From the human T2T-CHM13v2.0 reference genome, Homo sapiens: a stretch of 64,000 bases of DNA. Location: the NCBI RefSeq assembly GCF_009914755.1, contig NC_060937.1. One strand, written 5' to 3'. Numbering within the stretch: position 1 is the first letter of the stretch; the number at the start of each line of letters is the position of its first letter. The notes beneath the pieces were generated by a model, which did not search any database, was not told the DNA's origin, and saw only the letters and a list, made by a program, of their open reading frames with translations. Positions 13,660-29,476 of the stretch are shown in pieces. A program made the position numbers and the translations under genes.

Positions 13660-14040
13660 TTTTTTCAAGCAGTTTTAGATTTACAGCAATATTGAGAAGA
13701 AGGTACAAAGACATCCCATATACCCACTGCCCTCCCCTGCTGGCCTCCTCCATTATCAACACCCCCCACCCGTGTGGTACATTTGTTACAATCAATGAAC
13801 ATACATTGACATATCGCTATCATCACTCAAAGTTCACAGTTTATATTAGGGCTCACTCTTGCTGTTGTACATTCTATGGGTTTGAATAAATGTATAATGT
13901 CATGTGTTCACCATTAAAGTATCATACAGAGTATTTTCACTGCCTTAAAAATCCTCTGTGCTCTGCCTATTCCTTCCTCCCTATCCCCAAACCCCAGCTA
14001 CCTCTGAGCTTTTGTACTGTCTCCATAGTTTTGCCTTTTT
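13660..14040 (-). mobile_element. L1MC/L1MD 3' end
   Basis: agcagttttagatttacagcaatattgag...ggtacatttgttacaatcaatgaac. Confidence 0.85.
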
Positions 14041-15789
14041 AAAACAAATTATCTTTGCTTTTGAAAAGACATAGAATAATAATTACAACATTATATATAG
14101 ATGTGTATCTATGCAATATAGGGTTTCCCTGGTGTAAGGCAGTAAGAAGGGGTGAGTAAAAGTATAGAGGGAGCTAGGTCTGAAATTAGAAATAGGTGTC
14201 CTTCCCTTTTACATGGATGGAGGAAGGGTGATTGGTTTTGGAACAGGAAGTTCAGGGAAGCTTCACCAGAACTTGCCTTAGCCCTTAGCATCCCTAGCCA
14301 GGTGTGTTCACTAACCCTTGTTCTGAGGAATAGCACTGTGGCAGAACAGATGTTGGCACTGGGCCCTGGTAGGTAGGGTTCTTGTCCCTCTTTTACTGGC
14401 TGGTGAAGGCACGTGGGAATAGTTCTCAAATATGGTTTTCCTGTCTGTAAAATTAGGAAACTGATTTATCAGACCTAGATTGATTGCCTGGACTTTTCAT
14501 CACAGTCTCAATCTCAAATCTGAGGTTCCCTTCTCTGACTGTACATCGATTTTGGCTTTGTATATGTGGCCACTGAACTTCTCAGGTCTGTCCCAGACTG
14601 AATCTTTGATCTTTTTTCACTTCTGCAAAATGCAGGAAGCCCTTTCTTTGTTGTGGTCCCTGTGATGCAAGCTTGGTCAAAAGAAGAAAAGAGCAGAGCT
14701 GTGATAAGCTGATTTTAGCAGCAGCGCTCCATTTAGCACCAGGCTGTGTATCCCCCATGAACAGCACAGCCCACTGGGTGCTGGTGGCAGGAATGGCTTT
14801 TTGCAGAGACCAAGTGGGTCCAAATGAGAAGGGATTTTCCCATCTTGAACTCCTCTCTTCTGCTGAATTTTCACTGGGGTATAATTTGTTAGTATCTGGC
14901 ATCGATCCCCCTGCAGGTCATCATACCCATTCCTTTCAGAATGTGGCTGGTAGTCATGGGCAGGGAGAGAGGGACCTTGTATGGAGTTTTGCAGACAGGG
15001 CTTCTGATCCCATATACTACAAAATCATTAAAAAACCACCTATCATGCACATGCTGTAAGGTAGGCATTGTGAAAAATGTTTTTCCGTACATTCACTCCC
15101 TTATTTTGGTCACTAAACTGCATGTTCATTATCTTTTCAACCACAGGCTTTTGTCCAACATTATAATGTTGAGACCTATGGCATACCCTATACTCTTTGT
15201 TTCCATCTTCCAGATCCCGAGTCCAGCTACCAGCTCACTACACCTCTGCTGTCCTGCTGTACTTGTATCTTTAAGACACCTGTGAGACCTTTTCTGTGCT
15301 TTCAGTTTTATGTGATGGCTTGGCATGCAAACACAAGTATCTCTAGGAAGGCATTCAGGCCTTGAGAACCCTTTGGGGTGTAGTAACAGGAACTTCCTCT
15401 TGTGAATCATGCCTTTCATGTAAGAGCAGTCCTGTTAGGAGCACATTATTGACCTCTGCACCTATTCATCAGCCAGAAAGTGTTTATTTACTGAGTATAT
15501 CCTGAGGTACTGAGATCATTGTCATTGCAGTGTTATTTTGGATTAAATATACATTTGTATTTTTGAAAATTTTGGCATAGTCTACTTTCCCTTGAAAAGA
15601 ATAACATCAGTAATAACTGGCTGATTTAGGAATCTGTTGACTAGCTTGTCATATAATAGCTTATTTTTCCCCCTTTGAAACTGAAATAGTTGGATTTCTG
15701 TAACCTGTGGTATTTTTCTTGGGAATCATATATGTAAAGACTAAATTAGAGGTGAAACTAAGTTTAGTTTGTACATTAGATTTAATTAG

Positions 15790-16179
<390 letters not shown>

Positions 16180-17156
16180 CTGATAGTCTTTTGAGAGAAA
16201 TGTATTTGTTCATTAAATGTAGTTCAAACAATTCTGTTTCCTCTCAAAAACATTGAATAATTTGGGGAGAAAAACTAACAGATATGTAACTATTAGAGAA
16301 GTATCAAGTGTGTTGTATGTGAATTTAAATATCATAGAGAAGGAAAGGTCAGTATAGGTTGAATGAATCTCTTTAAATTATAAACAGCCTATTCCTGCCT
16401 CTGGTTGGTTTTATACAAAATGTATTAGTTGAATTTCCCTATACTCAGACCATAGTACTGATAGCTCACCAATCTTTGATTTATAAGAATGGTAGAGGTT
16501 GTTCCTGGATTCTGCAGATACAAAACATGCCTGTACCTAATCACATTTGGTTGATAAATTCATTTAAAAAAACCAGAAATGTGAGTTATGGAATAAAAAT
16601 TACCAGGAGAAATACCAAGAATAAAAAAATCTCTTATTCTTAGGAACAAACAGATAAATAGTTCCACATGCATTTTATTATTCTGTTTTCATTTGCATTC
16701 TTCATGACAGTGAGTTCTCCCCCAAAGAACCACTTAAACATCTTGAAATTTGTTATGTTTCCCATCAGTTTCTTAACTGCAAAGCTTCATCACCTCAAGT
16801 TATACTGTCCACTTCCTGTGGGAAACGTGGGCAGTAGGAGGACAATTCGAACTCAGAATTAGCTAAATTTTGCATTAGGAAAAATGGAAATCCATTTAAG
16901 ATGTTTTTACTTGAACTTCATTCTGTTATTAAGCCTTACTCTGAGCCACTTTATTACACAACAATCATGCAGCTCACTACAGCTCAAAGGTTAGAAGCAT
17001 GATGGAGTCCTGAAAAGGCCTCAGATATGTTATTCTGGGTGTAAATTTATGTTACACTAATTGTGAATGCAATGCTTATGTGCTTATTTGATATCTTAAA
17101 CTAGCATCTTAAAGGCTTATTATATGGAGCCTTATAATTTTATACAGAACCTAGGT

Positions 17157-17683
<527 letters not shown>

Positions 17684-17756
17684 TGATGACTTACTGGGGC
17701 TAATTGAGCCTGTATTTTTGTGATACATAAAAGATCAAGTTTAGTTCAAGTGCTTT

Positions 17757-18008
17757 TTACTTTTCAGCTTTGAGATATAGTTAACAAAATAAGAATTAAG
17801 GTATACAATATGATGTTTTGATGTGTACACAGTGTGAAATGATTATAAAAATCAAACTAATCAACATTTCTACAGCTTCTTATAGTTACCTTGTGTGTGT
17901 GATGAGAACATTTGAGATCTACTCACTTAGCAAATTTCAAGTATACAATACAGTATCATATAAATATAGTTACCGTGCTGTACCTTAGATCTTCAAAACG
18001 TATCCATC
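17757..18008 (-). mobile_element. L1MA8/9 3' end
   Basis: gagaacatttgagatctactcacttagcaaatttcaagtatacaatacagtat. Confidence 0.85.
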
Positions 18009-18327
18009 CAATATAGGTTAAAAAAAGAGTTATGAAAGTTTTTTTTAAAATGTGGACTATATTAATTTTCAGAGCCCTTTCACTTGGAAAACTAACTACT
18101 GTTACACTATTTACTTATAACTTTTTTTTGTATTAAGTACTCCTTCTGAACTAAAAATTAGATGCTATACATTTGAGCTTTGCCTATTACAAATTCACAT
18201 ACATTGTTTTTCCTTCTTTGTGAGGTTATTTTGTCAATTAAATGATTTCTTAGTGCTGTATGAGTTATAATAGGGTGGGTAGGTTATGCTTCAGTAACAG
18301 ACGTCAAATTTTTTTTTTTAAGAACCA

Positions 18328-18561
18328 ATCCTCCATGTCTTTTCATGGTTTCATAGCTCATTTCTTTAGTGCTGAATACTATTTCATTACATGGATGTTC
18401 TGCAGTTGATCCATCTACCTATTGAAGAAAATCTTGATTGCTTCAGCAATTATGATTAAAGCTGTTATAAACACTTGCATGCTTGTTTTTGTGTAGAAGT
18501 GCATTTTCAACTCCTTTGGGTATATACCAAGGAGCACAATTCCTGGATTATACGGTAAGAG
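18328..18561 (-). mobile_element. L1MC fragment inside the first MLT1 LTR
   Basis: cctccatgtcttttcatggtttcatagctcatttc...ttttcaactcctttgggtatataccaaggagcacaatt. Confidence 0.8.
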
Positions 18562-19851
18562 TAAAATCTCTTATTTTTAAAGCAATTTTTTTATTTCTCA
18601 AGCTACATGTTCATCCCGAGTTGGTTTGGGTGTTCTGCTCTGTGTTATTCTCACTCAGGAACTCAGTCTCATGGGTGTCTTTCAGCTTACCATGAGTTTC
18701 CAGGATCAGCATAGTGTGAGAAGCAGGAAAAGAACTTTAGAGGGTCTTACACCAGCAAACCAATACTTAGCCTGGAAATGAGCACATCACTTTTGCTCAC
18801 TGGTATCATGGCCCCACCTTCACAAAAAAGAGCCAGGAAATTGTTTTCCATTTGCCTAGAAGAAATGGTAATCGGATATCAGCAGCACCAGTAACTTTTG
18901 CATTCTGCCCATATTTTTAAATAATTTTGCTTGCTTTCCTACCTGTATATGAGGTATAGTCACCCCTCCCTGAGGATCACAACCCAAAAATCCCATTTAG
19001 TCATGGCATCAGGCTCAAAGTCTGAGATCTCTTGCATGATGCTTAGTAGACTCCAACCAGAGGTAGGGGATGGCAGTGGCCTGTACATCAGGTGTGGGTG
19101 TAAATCAGGAGAAAGAGGCTATTACTGATTATACTTCCTGGGTGCAGCTCCCACTCTACTCATCCCCATAGCCCTTGGCTTTACCCTCTGGAGGTTCTTG
19201 TTGTTCTAATATCCTCTTTGGTTCCATATGAAGTAGGCATTGGGAATGTAGTCTCTTATGCTGTTAGTAGCTTTCTCAGCTTACTTCTTGCCCGTAGATG
19301 TTTGGGACTCCTAAGTTCTTTATAGGTTTCATAGTCTTTAATTATTTTTTTGGCAATTCAGTTCTCCCAATAACTTAGCTTTTTATTTATTTTAATTCAG
19401 ACACTAACATGTGCCAGTAACCACACCCATAGTTCTTTCCTAGACATTTTTCTAGATTTGTTACACATGTCTTATTTTGTACCCCATTCCTGTCCGTTAC
19501 TTAATTGTGGATACTCTGGGCTTATCAGGCTTCTTTGGCAGAACCATTTATTTAGTCTATTTTTTGCTGCACCATTTTCTTCCAACTGACGCAATTTCTG
19601 GGTGCCAGTGAAATCCATTCAGAGATTTTTGACTGTGGGTGAGGCAGCTAATCCCTTCATTTAATTCTTGCTGTGGTGAGAGTTTTAATTGGCATTTGTT
19701 ATTCAAGACATTTCTTTACACTTTGGGCTTGGGAGCCGGCCGTCTCTTCCTAACTTAGAAGCTCCTGCATTTGTGGACTCTATTCCCTTACATTTTTGCT
19801 TGCAATGTGACTAATTCGTTCCCAGTTTCATCTCTTTCTTGTAATATCAAG

Positions 19852-20622
<771 letters not shown>

Positions 20623-21111
20623 CCTTGTCAAATGAAGCCAATAGCAGTGAGCACATATGACTCTTCTGATTCCAAACTACTTCTACTAGAGATAAAAGTT
20701 CACTAAGTATATTATCTGCTTTCCAAATTATCATAGGTAAATAATTTTTATCAAGTGTGTCACCATTGTATGATATGGATTACCATCTTCCTAGTAACAT
20801 TTTCTGCTGCATTCAGGGTTGGCTAGGTTATGTTGCTGCAACAATGCTAAAATCTCATTGCTCAAAAAGTAATGGGCTATTTCTCACCTACGTTGCCTGG
20901 AGTCTCTGCTCTCTGCTATCCTCACTCAATGACTAAGGCTGTGATAGCTCTTTTCAACACGTAATTCCAGAATCACTACAGGAATCAAAAAAGGAAAAAG
21001 AATACTTAGTCTTCACTGACAATTCAAATGCTCTACCCATTTATAACATAAGGCTAGAACTAGTCATATGTCATCATCTAACCATAAGAACAGCACAATG
21101 TGCTCAGAGGA

Positions 21112-21465
21112 TGTCTTAGCTCAGGCTACTGTACCAAATACCACAGACTGGATCACTTAAACATTTTTTTCTTGGAGTTCTGGAGACTGAGGAGTCCAAG
21201 ATCAGGATGACTGTGTGATTGGGTTCTGGTGAAATCCCAATTCTTGGCTTGCCGATGGCCATTTTCTTACTGTGTCTTTATATGGCAGAGAAAGCGAACA
21301 AGCTCCTGTGTGTTGTCTTATGAGGGCACTAATCCCATTCATGAGAACTCTACCCTCATGACCCAAGTATCTCCAAAATGCCCACCTTCTATCAATAATA
21401 CCATCACACTGGGGGTTAGGATTTAATACATGAATTTTGGGGAAACATAAACATTCAGTCCATGA
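21112..21465 (-). mobile_element. MLT1A/MST-type MaLR LTR
   Basis: tgtcttagctcaggctactgtaccaaataccacagactgg ... gggaaacataaacattcagtccat. Confidence 0.88.
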
Positions 21466-21554
21466 AAAAGGGAAAGGAAAACAATATATCAGTAACACTG
21501 ATAACTACCACCAAAATACTCCCAAATTGTTGGTCTGGAAACTGCTAGTGTTTC

Positions 21555-22010
21555 AATTCAATCATTCATTTAACAAGTACTTTGTATGCAACACTGATAG
21601 GTGCTGGGGATAAATGAATACAGTTGAACTCCTCTATTCTTAGGGCATTTATAGTCTGGTAGAAGAGGTGGATATTCATCAAATAATGTTACACGAAATT
21701 GCAACAATGGCGATTACTACAAAGAAGAGAGATAAGATATTGGCATGCTTATAAGGAAAGGATTTGACCTACTCAGTGGGATCTAGAAAACCTGAGGAAT
21801 GAAGAAGCGAAGAGGAGTAACAAGAGTTTCCAGAAAGAAGGAGCTTCAGGTGGTGCTGAAGTAAAGGGGGTTAGGGACAGAACCTTTAGAGATGAGGTTG
21901 GAGTGAGAGCTAGATGACATATTCAATAAGGACTTCTAGGCCACAAGAAGGAATTTTGTCTTCATCTCAATATAAAATGGAATCAATTACAGGGTTTTAT
22001 CAGGAGTTTA
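21555..22010 (-). mobile_element. L2 fragment
   Basis: attcaatcattcatttaacaag tail followed by L2-type purine-rich body. Confidence 0.7.
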
Positions 22011-22014
22011 GCAT

Positions 22015-22115
22015 GAGGTGGTTCTCTGCAGTTGATAGCTGATGGCTGTCTGCTGACAGTACCCTCAGCAGCTAGGTGGCAAGGCTTTCCTTGAAGGAGA
22101 ACTGGGCAGTTCATC
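22015..22115. mobile_element. LTR16-like ERVL fragment
   Basis: ggctgtctgctgacagtaccctcagcagctagg...ccttgaaggagaactgggc. Confidence 0.5.
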
Positions 22116-23437
22116 TCCAAGTCTCCCACACTCAGGCAGTATGTGGCAGAGCCAGGGCTGGAATCAGACTTGCTGAGCTCAACTTCAGTGCTTGCTTCAA
22201 CTCACCCCCCAGGAATCTGGGGATCAAAGCACCAAGGTCAGAGGTGGAAAATATCGCAAAGTATAGTGAAGGACTCTGAAGAATAAGATAATAAGGGAGA
22301 TGAATACAGTGACTCTTTCCCTCTAAAACAATATATTTTACAAATGGACTTTTTTTTTTTTCCTCCAGGGCTTCTTCCCCCCTCTATATTCTCAGTGTCT
22401 GCCCTTTGATCTAAAATAGAGTAAACTTTCATGCAAGAACATTTGATTTTTTTCTTCAATCTGACTATTCATAACCTATTTAAAATTGATTTATAGTCTT
22501 ACTGTCTTCAAATTAATTCCAGGCATAAGCCAGGAGAAGGTCATCTTCCTCACAAATTTTGCAGTTTGCCAGAGGTTTTTCCCTGCCTGGTTTAAAGGGC
22601 CAGCTTCAATTTCACTACTTTGTAGCCCCTGCCTATATGCGTGACTTTGGGCTAATTGCCCTGACCTGGATTATTGTGTACCTCGTCTTGTAGGGGATCA
22701 TCTACCCTGGAAGCCATGCAGGCCTTGAAGGCAAAGATGTATAGCCACTGGCTCAGTGTTGCACCACTGAAAGAGTTGCAGTTGGGAGCTAGATTTACAG
22801 AGCCCTCATCGGAGGTGTTTCTATTAACAGCTTCAGCCTCAGTGCTCCTGGCAGAAAGAACCACGATTCAAGTATTGCCTCGCCCCTGTGCTGAGCACCA
22901 CATCCCTGGAATGACTTGATTTGCTGTGAAGAGATTCCATGAACGGGTTGTCCTATCTCTCTGGGTCCCCAAACAGCTCCCTGTCTGCTCTTTCTCTCTG
23001 GTTCTTCAACCGTGATGAACTCTGGGGACCATCATCTTTATATTTTGCTAAAACTCTGGATTTAGAAAACACTGATGTGAAATTTCATTCTGCTTTGAGG
23101 TGTCTGCTGATTCACTATGGAGCTGATCTGCTATAATCTCGTGCCCTGTCATATTGTCTTTTTTTCTTAGGTATTCCTTAGTCTTCCCAGATAATCAAGC
23201 ATCTTGGATTCATGGCTTTTGTTCCCTGGTAAGTGAGGCCCTATCTTTTTGCCTAGAAATATTTATATTGTACCTAGTATTGACAAAAATTTTTGAAAAT
23301 TCTTTATATACTTCCATCTTTACTGTTTAAAGAATATTAAGTAAATACTTTAGGTGATGATTGGGAGCGAGATTGAGATATATATGCCAGTTCCTATAGC
23401 TGCCCTTATTTGGAGGACATAGAGATGAAAAATTACG

Positions 23438-23880
23438 AGGTCTAGAGCAAGATCACTTGTGTGCGAATCTTCATTCTACCACTTACTGATATTGTGGGCA
23501 AGTTACTTAGCTTTTCTAAGCCTCAGTTTTATCATCTGTAAAGCAGACATGATAATAATAAACCATGATGCAGAATTGTCTTAGGATTTTATAAGATAAG
23601 GCATGTAAAATATTTAACATGGTTCCTGGAATGTAGGAATATTAATATGTACTGCTCTGAGCATACACCACACGCTGGGCATTATGTCTTGGGTACATCA
23701 CCTCTCATCTTAAAACTGTCAGGCAGCTTTGCTAAAATGTCCATAACGTACAGATGAGGAAACTGTATGTGAGTTACCTGCCCGTGGTCACAAAGCTACT
23801 AATGTGCAGAGCTGGGATTTGCATTTACATGTTTCTGACTCCAGGGGGCCAGCCTGTTTCCCCTGTGCTACAATGCCTCA
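23438..23880. mobile_element. Two MIR SINEs tail-to-tail (+ about 23438-23645, - about 23655-23880)
   Basis: MIR core gggcaagttacttagc...gcctcagttttatcatctgtaaa, then reverse core tacagatgaggaaactg...gagctgggatttg. Confidence 0.8.
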
Positions 23881-24431
23881 AGAAGACTGGCTATTGTAGC
23901 CATTGCACAGTGCTATAAAATGGATCCTCTAAGGGCTTCTGAAATGTGTGAGGCTTGGCTTCCTTTCCACTGGGTGGAATGTGCTCTTCCACATGAAGTC
24001 TCTCACTCAACTCCCTCAGGAACATCCTTTTGTAACCTCTGTCACTGGATTCCTCATACCTCACTCTAGTCTCCTGTTGACTGCCCTTCTTGTTCTATGT
24101 TATTCTGTACCAAAAACAATTATTTTGATAACCCATTAGGTAAATTTCATTTCACATATGTTAAGCACCTACCAGGCATTTTTACATACTTTTAATCATC
24201 AAAAGAACCATATTACTATTTTCATTTTATTGGTGACAAACTTGCACCAGATTACAGAGCTGAGAAGTGGGAAGAATCAATATGCAAATCCTGAGGTCAA
24301 CTTAGTAATTGGTACCACAATTGTAGTTCCGGAAAGAGGGAATCTGGAATTGGTGATTTGACATTCTTGGAGGCAATGAGGATACCTTAGTAATTATAAT
24401 AGAAGACACAGGTATGCAGTGTGGAAATGGT

Positions 24432-25114
24432 TATTTATTTATTTATTTAAAAAATAATTTTAGATTTGGGAGGTACATGTGTAGGTTTGTTACATGGATA
24501 TATTGCATGATCCTGAGGTTTGGGCTTCTATTGGACTAATTACCTAAATAGTGAACATAGTACCCAATAGGTAGTCTTTCAACTCTTTCCCAGAGTCCCC
24601 AGTGGTATCTATTGTTCCCACCTTTCTGTCCATGTGTATCCATTGTTTAGCTCCCACTTATAAGTGAGAACATGTGGGATTTGACTTTCTATTTCTGTGT
24701 CAATTCACTTAGGATAATGGCCTCCAGCTGCATCCATGTTTCTGCAAAGGGCATGATTTCCTTCTTTTTATGGTTGCGTAGTATTCCATGGTGGATATGT
24801 ACCACATTTTCTTAATCCACCACTGATGGGCACCTACACTGATTTCATGACTCTACTATTGGGAATAGTGCTGTGATGAACATAAGATTGGTAGAACAAT
24901 TTATTTTCCTTTGGGTAGATACCTAGTCATGGGATTGCTGGATTGAAATGGTAGTTCTAAGTTCTTTGAGAAATCTCCGAACTGCTCTCCACAGTGGTTG
25001 AACCAATTTATATTCCCACCAACAGTGTATGAGCATTCTCTTTTCTCTGCAGCCTCATCAGCATCTGTTGTTTTTTGAATTTTTAATAATAGCCATTCTG
25101 ACTTGTATGAGATA
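24432..25114 (-). mobile_element. L1PA15/16 3' end
   Basis: (ttta)n tail, gtgaacatagtacccaataggtag, agctcccacttataagtgagaacatg. Confidence 0.92.
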
Positions 25115-25611
25115 GTTATTTAAACAATCACTTAAGGTCATCTGGAATGAAGTGCCTATGAAAGCATAGCTTGGGTAGACTTGGACACAGCTCCCACGGT
25201 GCAGCACAGAGGCAGAAAGAATACTGACTAGTGGGCTAGCTGCTTCCAACTGGCTCTAGAGCTTAAGGGAAGATGACTACAAACTCAAAGTTTTAGTTTC
25301 TATCATGCTTTCCCCTACTTTTACATTGGACACATACATAATTTAGTCCATTGCTTATAGAATATCAAGGCAAGATTATGTCTGAAGTAGAGGAGGAAAG
25401 CATGCCACTCAAAGATAGGCACAAGGATTAAGACGACAACCATGAATCTCTCCTTTTTGGAAAGAGGTAAGAGAGTTTCCATTTGTGTAAGGCAAAGTTG
25501 CATTAAATTAGACAGAGTGCATTGTTTTGCTTTGTTGTTGTTTGGAAGTTCAGTTGGGAGAAAGAAGGTGTGAAGGGAGGTTGAGTAGTTAAAGGAACAG
25601 ATTGTGGCTGG

Positions 25612-26138
25612 TATTGTAGGTTGGCTCACTCAACACCCATTAATTTTCTTCTACTTTGCTTTCCTCTACCACAGAGGTTGGAAAGCTAAAAAATATCTTT
25701 CTCAGATTTCTTAGATTGCTTTTCAGTTTACAATGCAGGCAAGTGGCTTAGGTTCCACCAAACCAATGAAGCAGTGTAAGACTTGGAGGCAGTCGTGAAC
25801 CATCAGTAGCCGTGACCAAGGAGCAAGTGCATTGTGGGAGGTGTCTGAATGCATAGGGTGCTGCAGCAGAGCTTCTCAAGTTGGTTCTCCAGTGAGATCA
25901 CTCTGAACACAAGGTGGTGACACTGCGGGAATTGCTAGCCCCATTCGTCAGTGTTTGCTGCTCTCCTGGATGAGCAATGATGCGCTGTAATGTACGTAAG
26001 TGTGCAGCAAGCAAGTATGGTTCTCCAGCACCCATGCAGATTCTGCTAGTGACAAAATTCTGTCTTTTTCAGCATCCCCTTCTGCTTAAACTAACTGGCA
26101 TGGGTTTTGTCATTTTTGGCGAAACACTAGTTAATACA
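25612..26138 (+). mobile_element. LTR33-like ERVL LTR
   Basis: tgtaggttggctcactcaacaccc start; ccttctgcttaaactaactggcatgggttttgtc...taataca end. Confidence 0.65.
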
Positions 26139-26465
26139 TTATGTCTTCTTGTTCTCAATCCTAGTTTTTCCACTTTATTACAGCCTCTTCTTAAGGAGAA
26201 AATATATAGCCAAATGAGTTTGATTCATCACATAAGTCTTATTTGGAAAGCCAAGTAAAATAGACTTCTAAAGTGCATGGGGGCACTTTGTGACAACTAT
26301 TTTTTTTTCAAGAATCTTTCACCCTGAAGGCTTTAAATTGATATGTAGAGTCAAGACAATTCTAGAGAATTGTAGCTACTGATGATTTGTATGATTCTAG
26401 TGTTGAAACTAATAAATTATGTTTCCACAATGAAAAATTTGAGTTGTTTCTTCTTTTTTTTTTTT

Positions 26466-26920
26466 ATAGCCTATTGCTCCTAGCTACACACCTGTATAGT
26501 ATGTTACTACATTGAATACTGTAGGCAATTGTAATGCAATGGTGTATCTAAACATAGAAAAGGTACAGTAGAAATACAACATAAAAGATTTAAAAGTTTT
26601 GCTTACCCTGAACAGAGCCTGCAGGACTGGAAGTTGCTGTGGTTGAGTCAGTGAGTGAGTGTGAGTGAATGTGAAGGCCTAGAACATTACTGCACGCTAC
26701 TGTATACTTTATAAACACCGTACACCTAGGCTACACCAAATTTATTTTTTAAAATGTTCCCTTTTCAATAATAAATTACCCTTAGCTTACTGTAACTTTT
26801 TTACTTTATAAACGTTTTAATTTTAACTTTTTGACACTTTTGTAATAACACTTAGATTAAAACACACATTGTGCAGCTATACAAAACTATTTTTTATATT
26901 ATTTCATAAACATTTTTCTA
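26466..26920. mobile_element. Tigger3 (TcMar-Tigger) fragment
   Basis: tatagcctattgctcctag; gagtcagtgagtgagtgtgagtgaatgtgaaggcctagaacattact. Confidence 0.9.
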
Positions 26921-26924
26921 TTTT

Positions 26925-27005
26925 TTTTATTTAACTTCTGGGACACATGTGCAGAGCGCTCAGGTTTGTTACATAGACATACATGTGCCATGGCGGTTTG
27001 CTGCA
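26925..27005 (-). mobile_element. L1PA7/8 3' tip
   Basis: ctgggacacatgtgcagagcgctcaggtttgttacatag. Confidence 0.8.
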
Positions 27006-28702
27006 TGTTTCTTCTTTGATTAGCTAAAGTCTGCTGTGTTATTACATTTTGAAGGTATTGAATTTATGGATTACTCAGGGATTTTAGAATTGCTAATTAT
27101 TCCCAGGATTGTTACTAAAGGTTTTAATTTTCTTAGTTAAAAAAATATAGATTATCTGACTATCCATAATGTCTTTGTGGCTACTTTCAGAATAAGCTAG
27201 AGTAATGGATATGTGGGGAGTGAAGTTTCTTTCTTTGCTGGAGAAACCAACTGTGTTTCAGTTCCATGATGGATTAGTATCATAATTCATAAGGGCTCAG
27301 TGCTGAGGCCTACTGAGACCTCAGAAACAAAGACTCACAAGAAAGAGGAAGTAAGTTGGTCTACGTGGGACATGAGCTACTTCCTAAGGGAGTAACAGAA
27401 GAGTATGGTCAAATCATTTTGGTTTTGACATCTAAGAATGTCTAATTTGGTAGATGGAGCCTGGAAGCCCTATCAGGTGGTAGGAAATACTTGAAGTTCA
27501 GGTGGGTGGTGTGGTCTAGTTAGATTATGGGAAGACCTTAATTACTCTCTAGGATTATTTAGTGAAGGATCTAGCTCTTAAAGGAAGGGAATTATCAGAG
27601 ACAGTTCAGGGCATAAGGGCCCTAACAGATGGGCTGAGGTTAGGGAAGAGTTAAAATATCAGACATAAACAAAAGTTCTCACTGGGGAAGCTGAGGCTGA
27701 TGCTCACAGGCAGCTATCAGGCCAATTTGACAAGAGGGTGTGTGTGCACCCATGTGCAGAGGAGAATGGCAGAGGAGGGGGTGAAGGAGGAGATGAGTAG
27801 TGAAGCAAGCTATGATTTGCAAGTTTACCTTCGGCACGTGAGACTCTAAACCTATGGCAGTGAGACAGCCTCTAAACCCCTACTAATTAGTGTAAAGCTG
27901 TTGGTTTACTTCTTGCCACAACCACTATTAATTCAGGAACCAACAAAGTGAGTTATAGTAGCAGCATACATGGATCTAGTAAGGGAGGCTATGCAGGCAG
28001 TGACTGACAGATGGATAACAGAGGGAGTGGAAGGCACTGTGTTTTTGAAATTGAAAACAATAAAATTAATTTGCGTGTCCTCTATGAGTGAGACATTAGC
28101 AGTCACTTTTGGGCCAATTTATGTTTGCCATCACATTTTAATCGTGGCAGTTACAGCCAATTTAATTAGTAAGTTTTTGGGAGTAATTTAACATTTCACT
28201 GAATGAAAGACCATTCTGAGGGGAAAAGAGGTAAAAAGAGGGGAAAAGCTGTGACTAAATAAGAGTCACAGCTTTGCAAAAGCAAATCAGTTAGTAAACA
28301 TTCAACAACAGAGAAATTGTTGTTCCATATTTTTAAGTGACAATTTAATTAGGTATTTAAAATGGAAAAATAGAGACACTGTTTGCTATCAAGAGTGGTG
28401 GTGAATAAGTCGGGCTTAAATTTTGGCATTATCTTTTCTTCCTCCTTCTCAGTAGTTCCTCAGTTCCAATTTGTTATTAAATTTGATCTTTTTTCGCTCT
28501 TGTTTTCTCTTTAGTTTTCCCTCCACCATCCCCACTCCCTATTTCCATGGCTGCCATTTTATCCAAAGCTCTCATCACCTGGTTTCTCTTTTTTGTGAAA
28601 TCATTTCTTTCCCCTACCAATCTACCCTATATAAAGCTGTCAATTTAAGCTTCAAGAACTGTTTTGTTCTTGGTATTCCTTTATTTTAAAAAACAGTCAT
28701 AC

Positions 28703-29476
28703 TGAAACAGAAGAGTTCCCTGACCCCCTTCGCAGGATATGCAACAGGGGTGTGGCTTGTCTATTTGGCTGCTGAGCACTCAAACCCCTTACATGAGGGG
28801 GATCACACAGATGGGCAGGTGCAGGAGCTGGGGCAAGTGCTTTTGGGCTCCAGCCCCATGGTAGCATCTAGGGGTGGGTGCCTGTGACTCCCAAAGCCCC
28901 AGTGGATGTGCCATAGTGCTCTTTTAGCTCTGCCATCACAGACAGCTTAAGTGTTAACCAGCTTAGTGCCCTCTTGGTACCCGGGTTGTTGTCTGGTGTC
29001 CAGGAAGCATCAGGTCACACGGACAAATTGAAGGATAGTAAATGCAGGGGATTTTACTGGGTGGTGGAGGTGGCTCTCGGTGGGAGGGATGAGGAGCTAG
29101 AAAGAGGACGGAGTGGGAAGATGATCTTCCTCTGGAGTTCGGTTGTCCCATGACCCATCACCTCTCCAACTGTCCCCAGATGAACTCCTCTTGATGTTCA
29201 GATGCTCCTTGTCTTCTCTCCTTTGCTGCACCACTCTGCCACTCTGCTGCTCTGCTGTTCCTCTTCTCTTCTGCTTGTCTGCTTGTGGAGCCTGGGGTTT
29301 GGGGTCTATATGGGTACAGAATAGGGGAGCGTGGCAGGCCAAAAGGGAACATTTGGGTGCGAAAATAGGAATGTCTGTTCCCGTTTAGGTCCATGGGTTT
29401 CCAGGTTTGAGGATGGGGACTTTGCTAGGGAACTACCATCTTCTACCCAGTATTTCCCTGCCTCCTGTCCATATCA
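28703..29476 (-). mobile_element. MER50 ERV1 solo LTR
   Basis: Reverse complement starts tgatatggacaggaggcagggaaatactgggtagaag; TG..CA ends; 4-bp TSD atac at 28699-28702 and 29477-29480. Confidence 0.9.

Noticed and set aside
14109-15419. Cluster of overlapping 60-128-aa ORFs in non-repeat DNA
   Set aside because: No recognisable domain or consistent splice structure; expected by chance at this GC content
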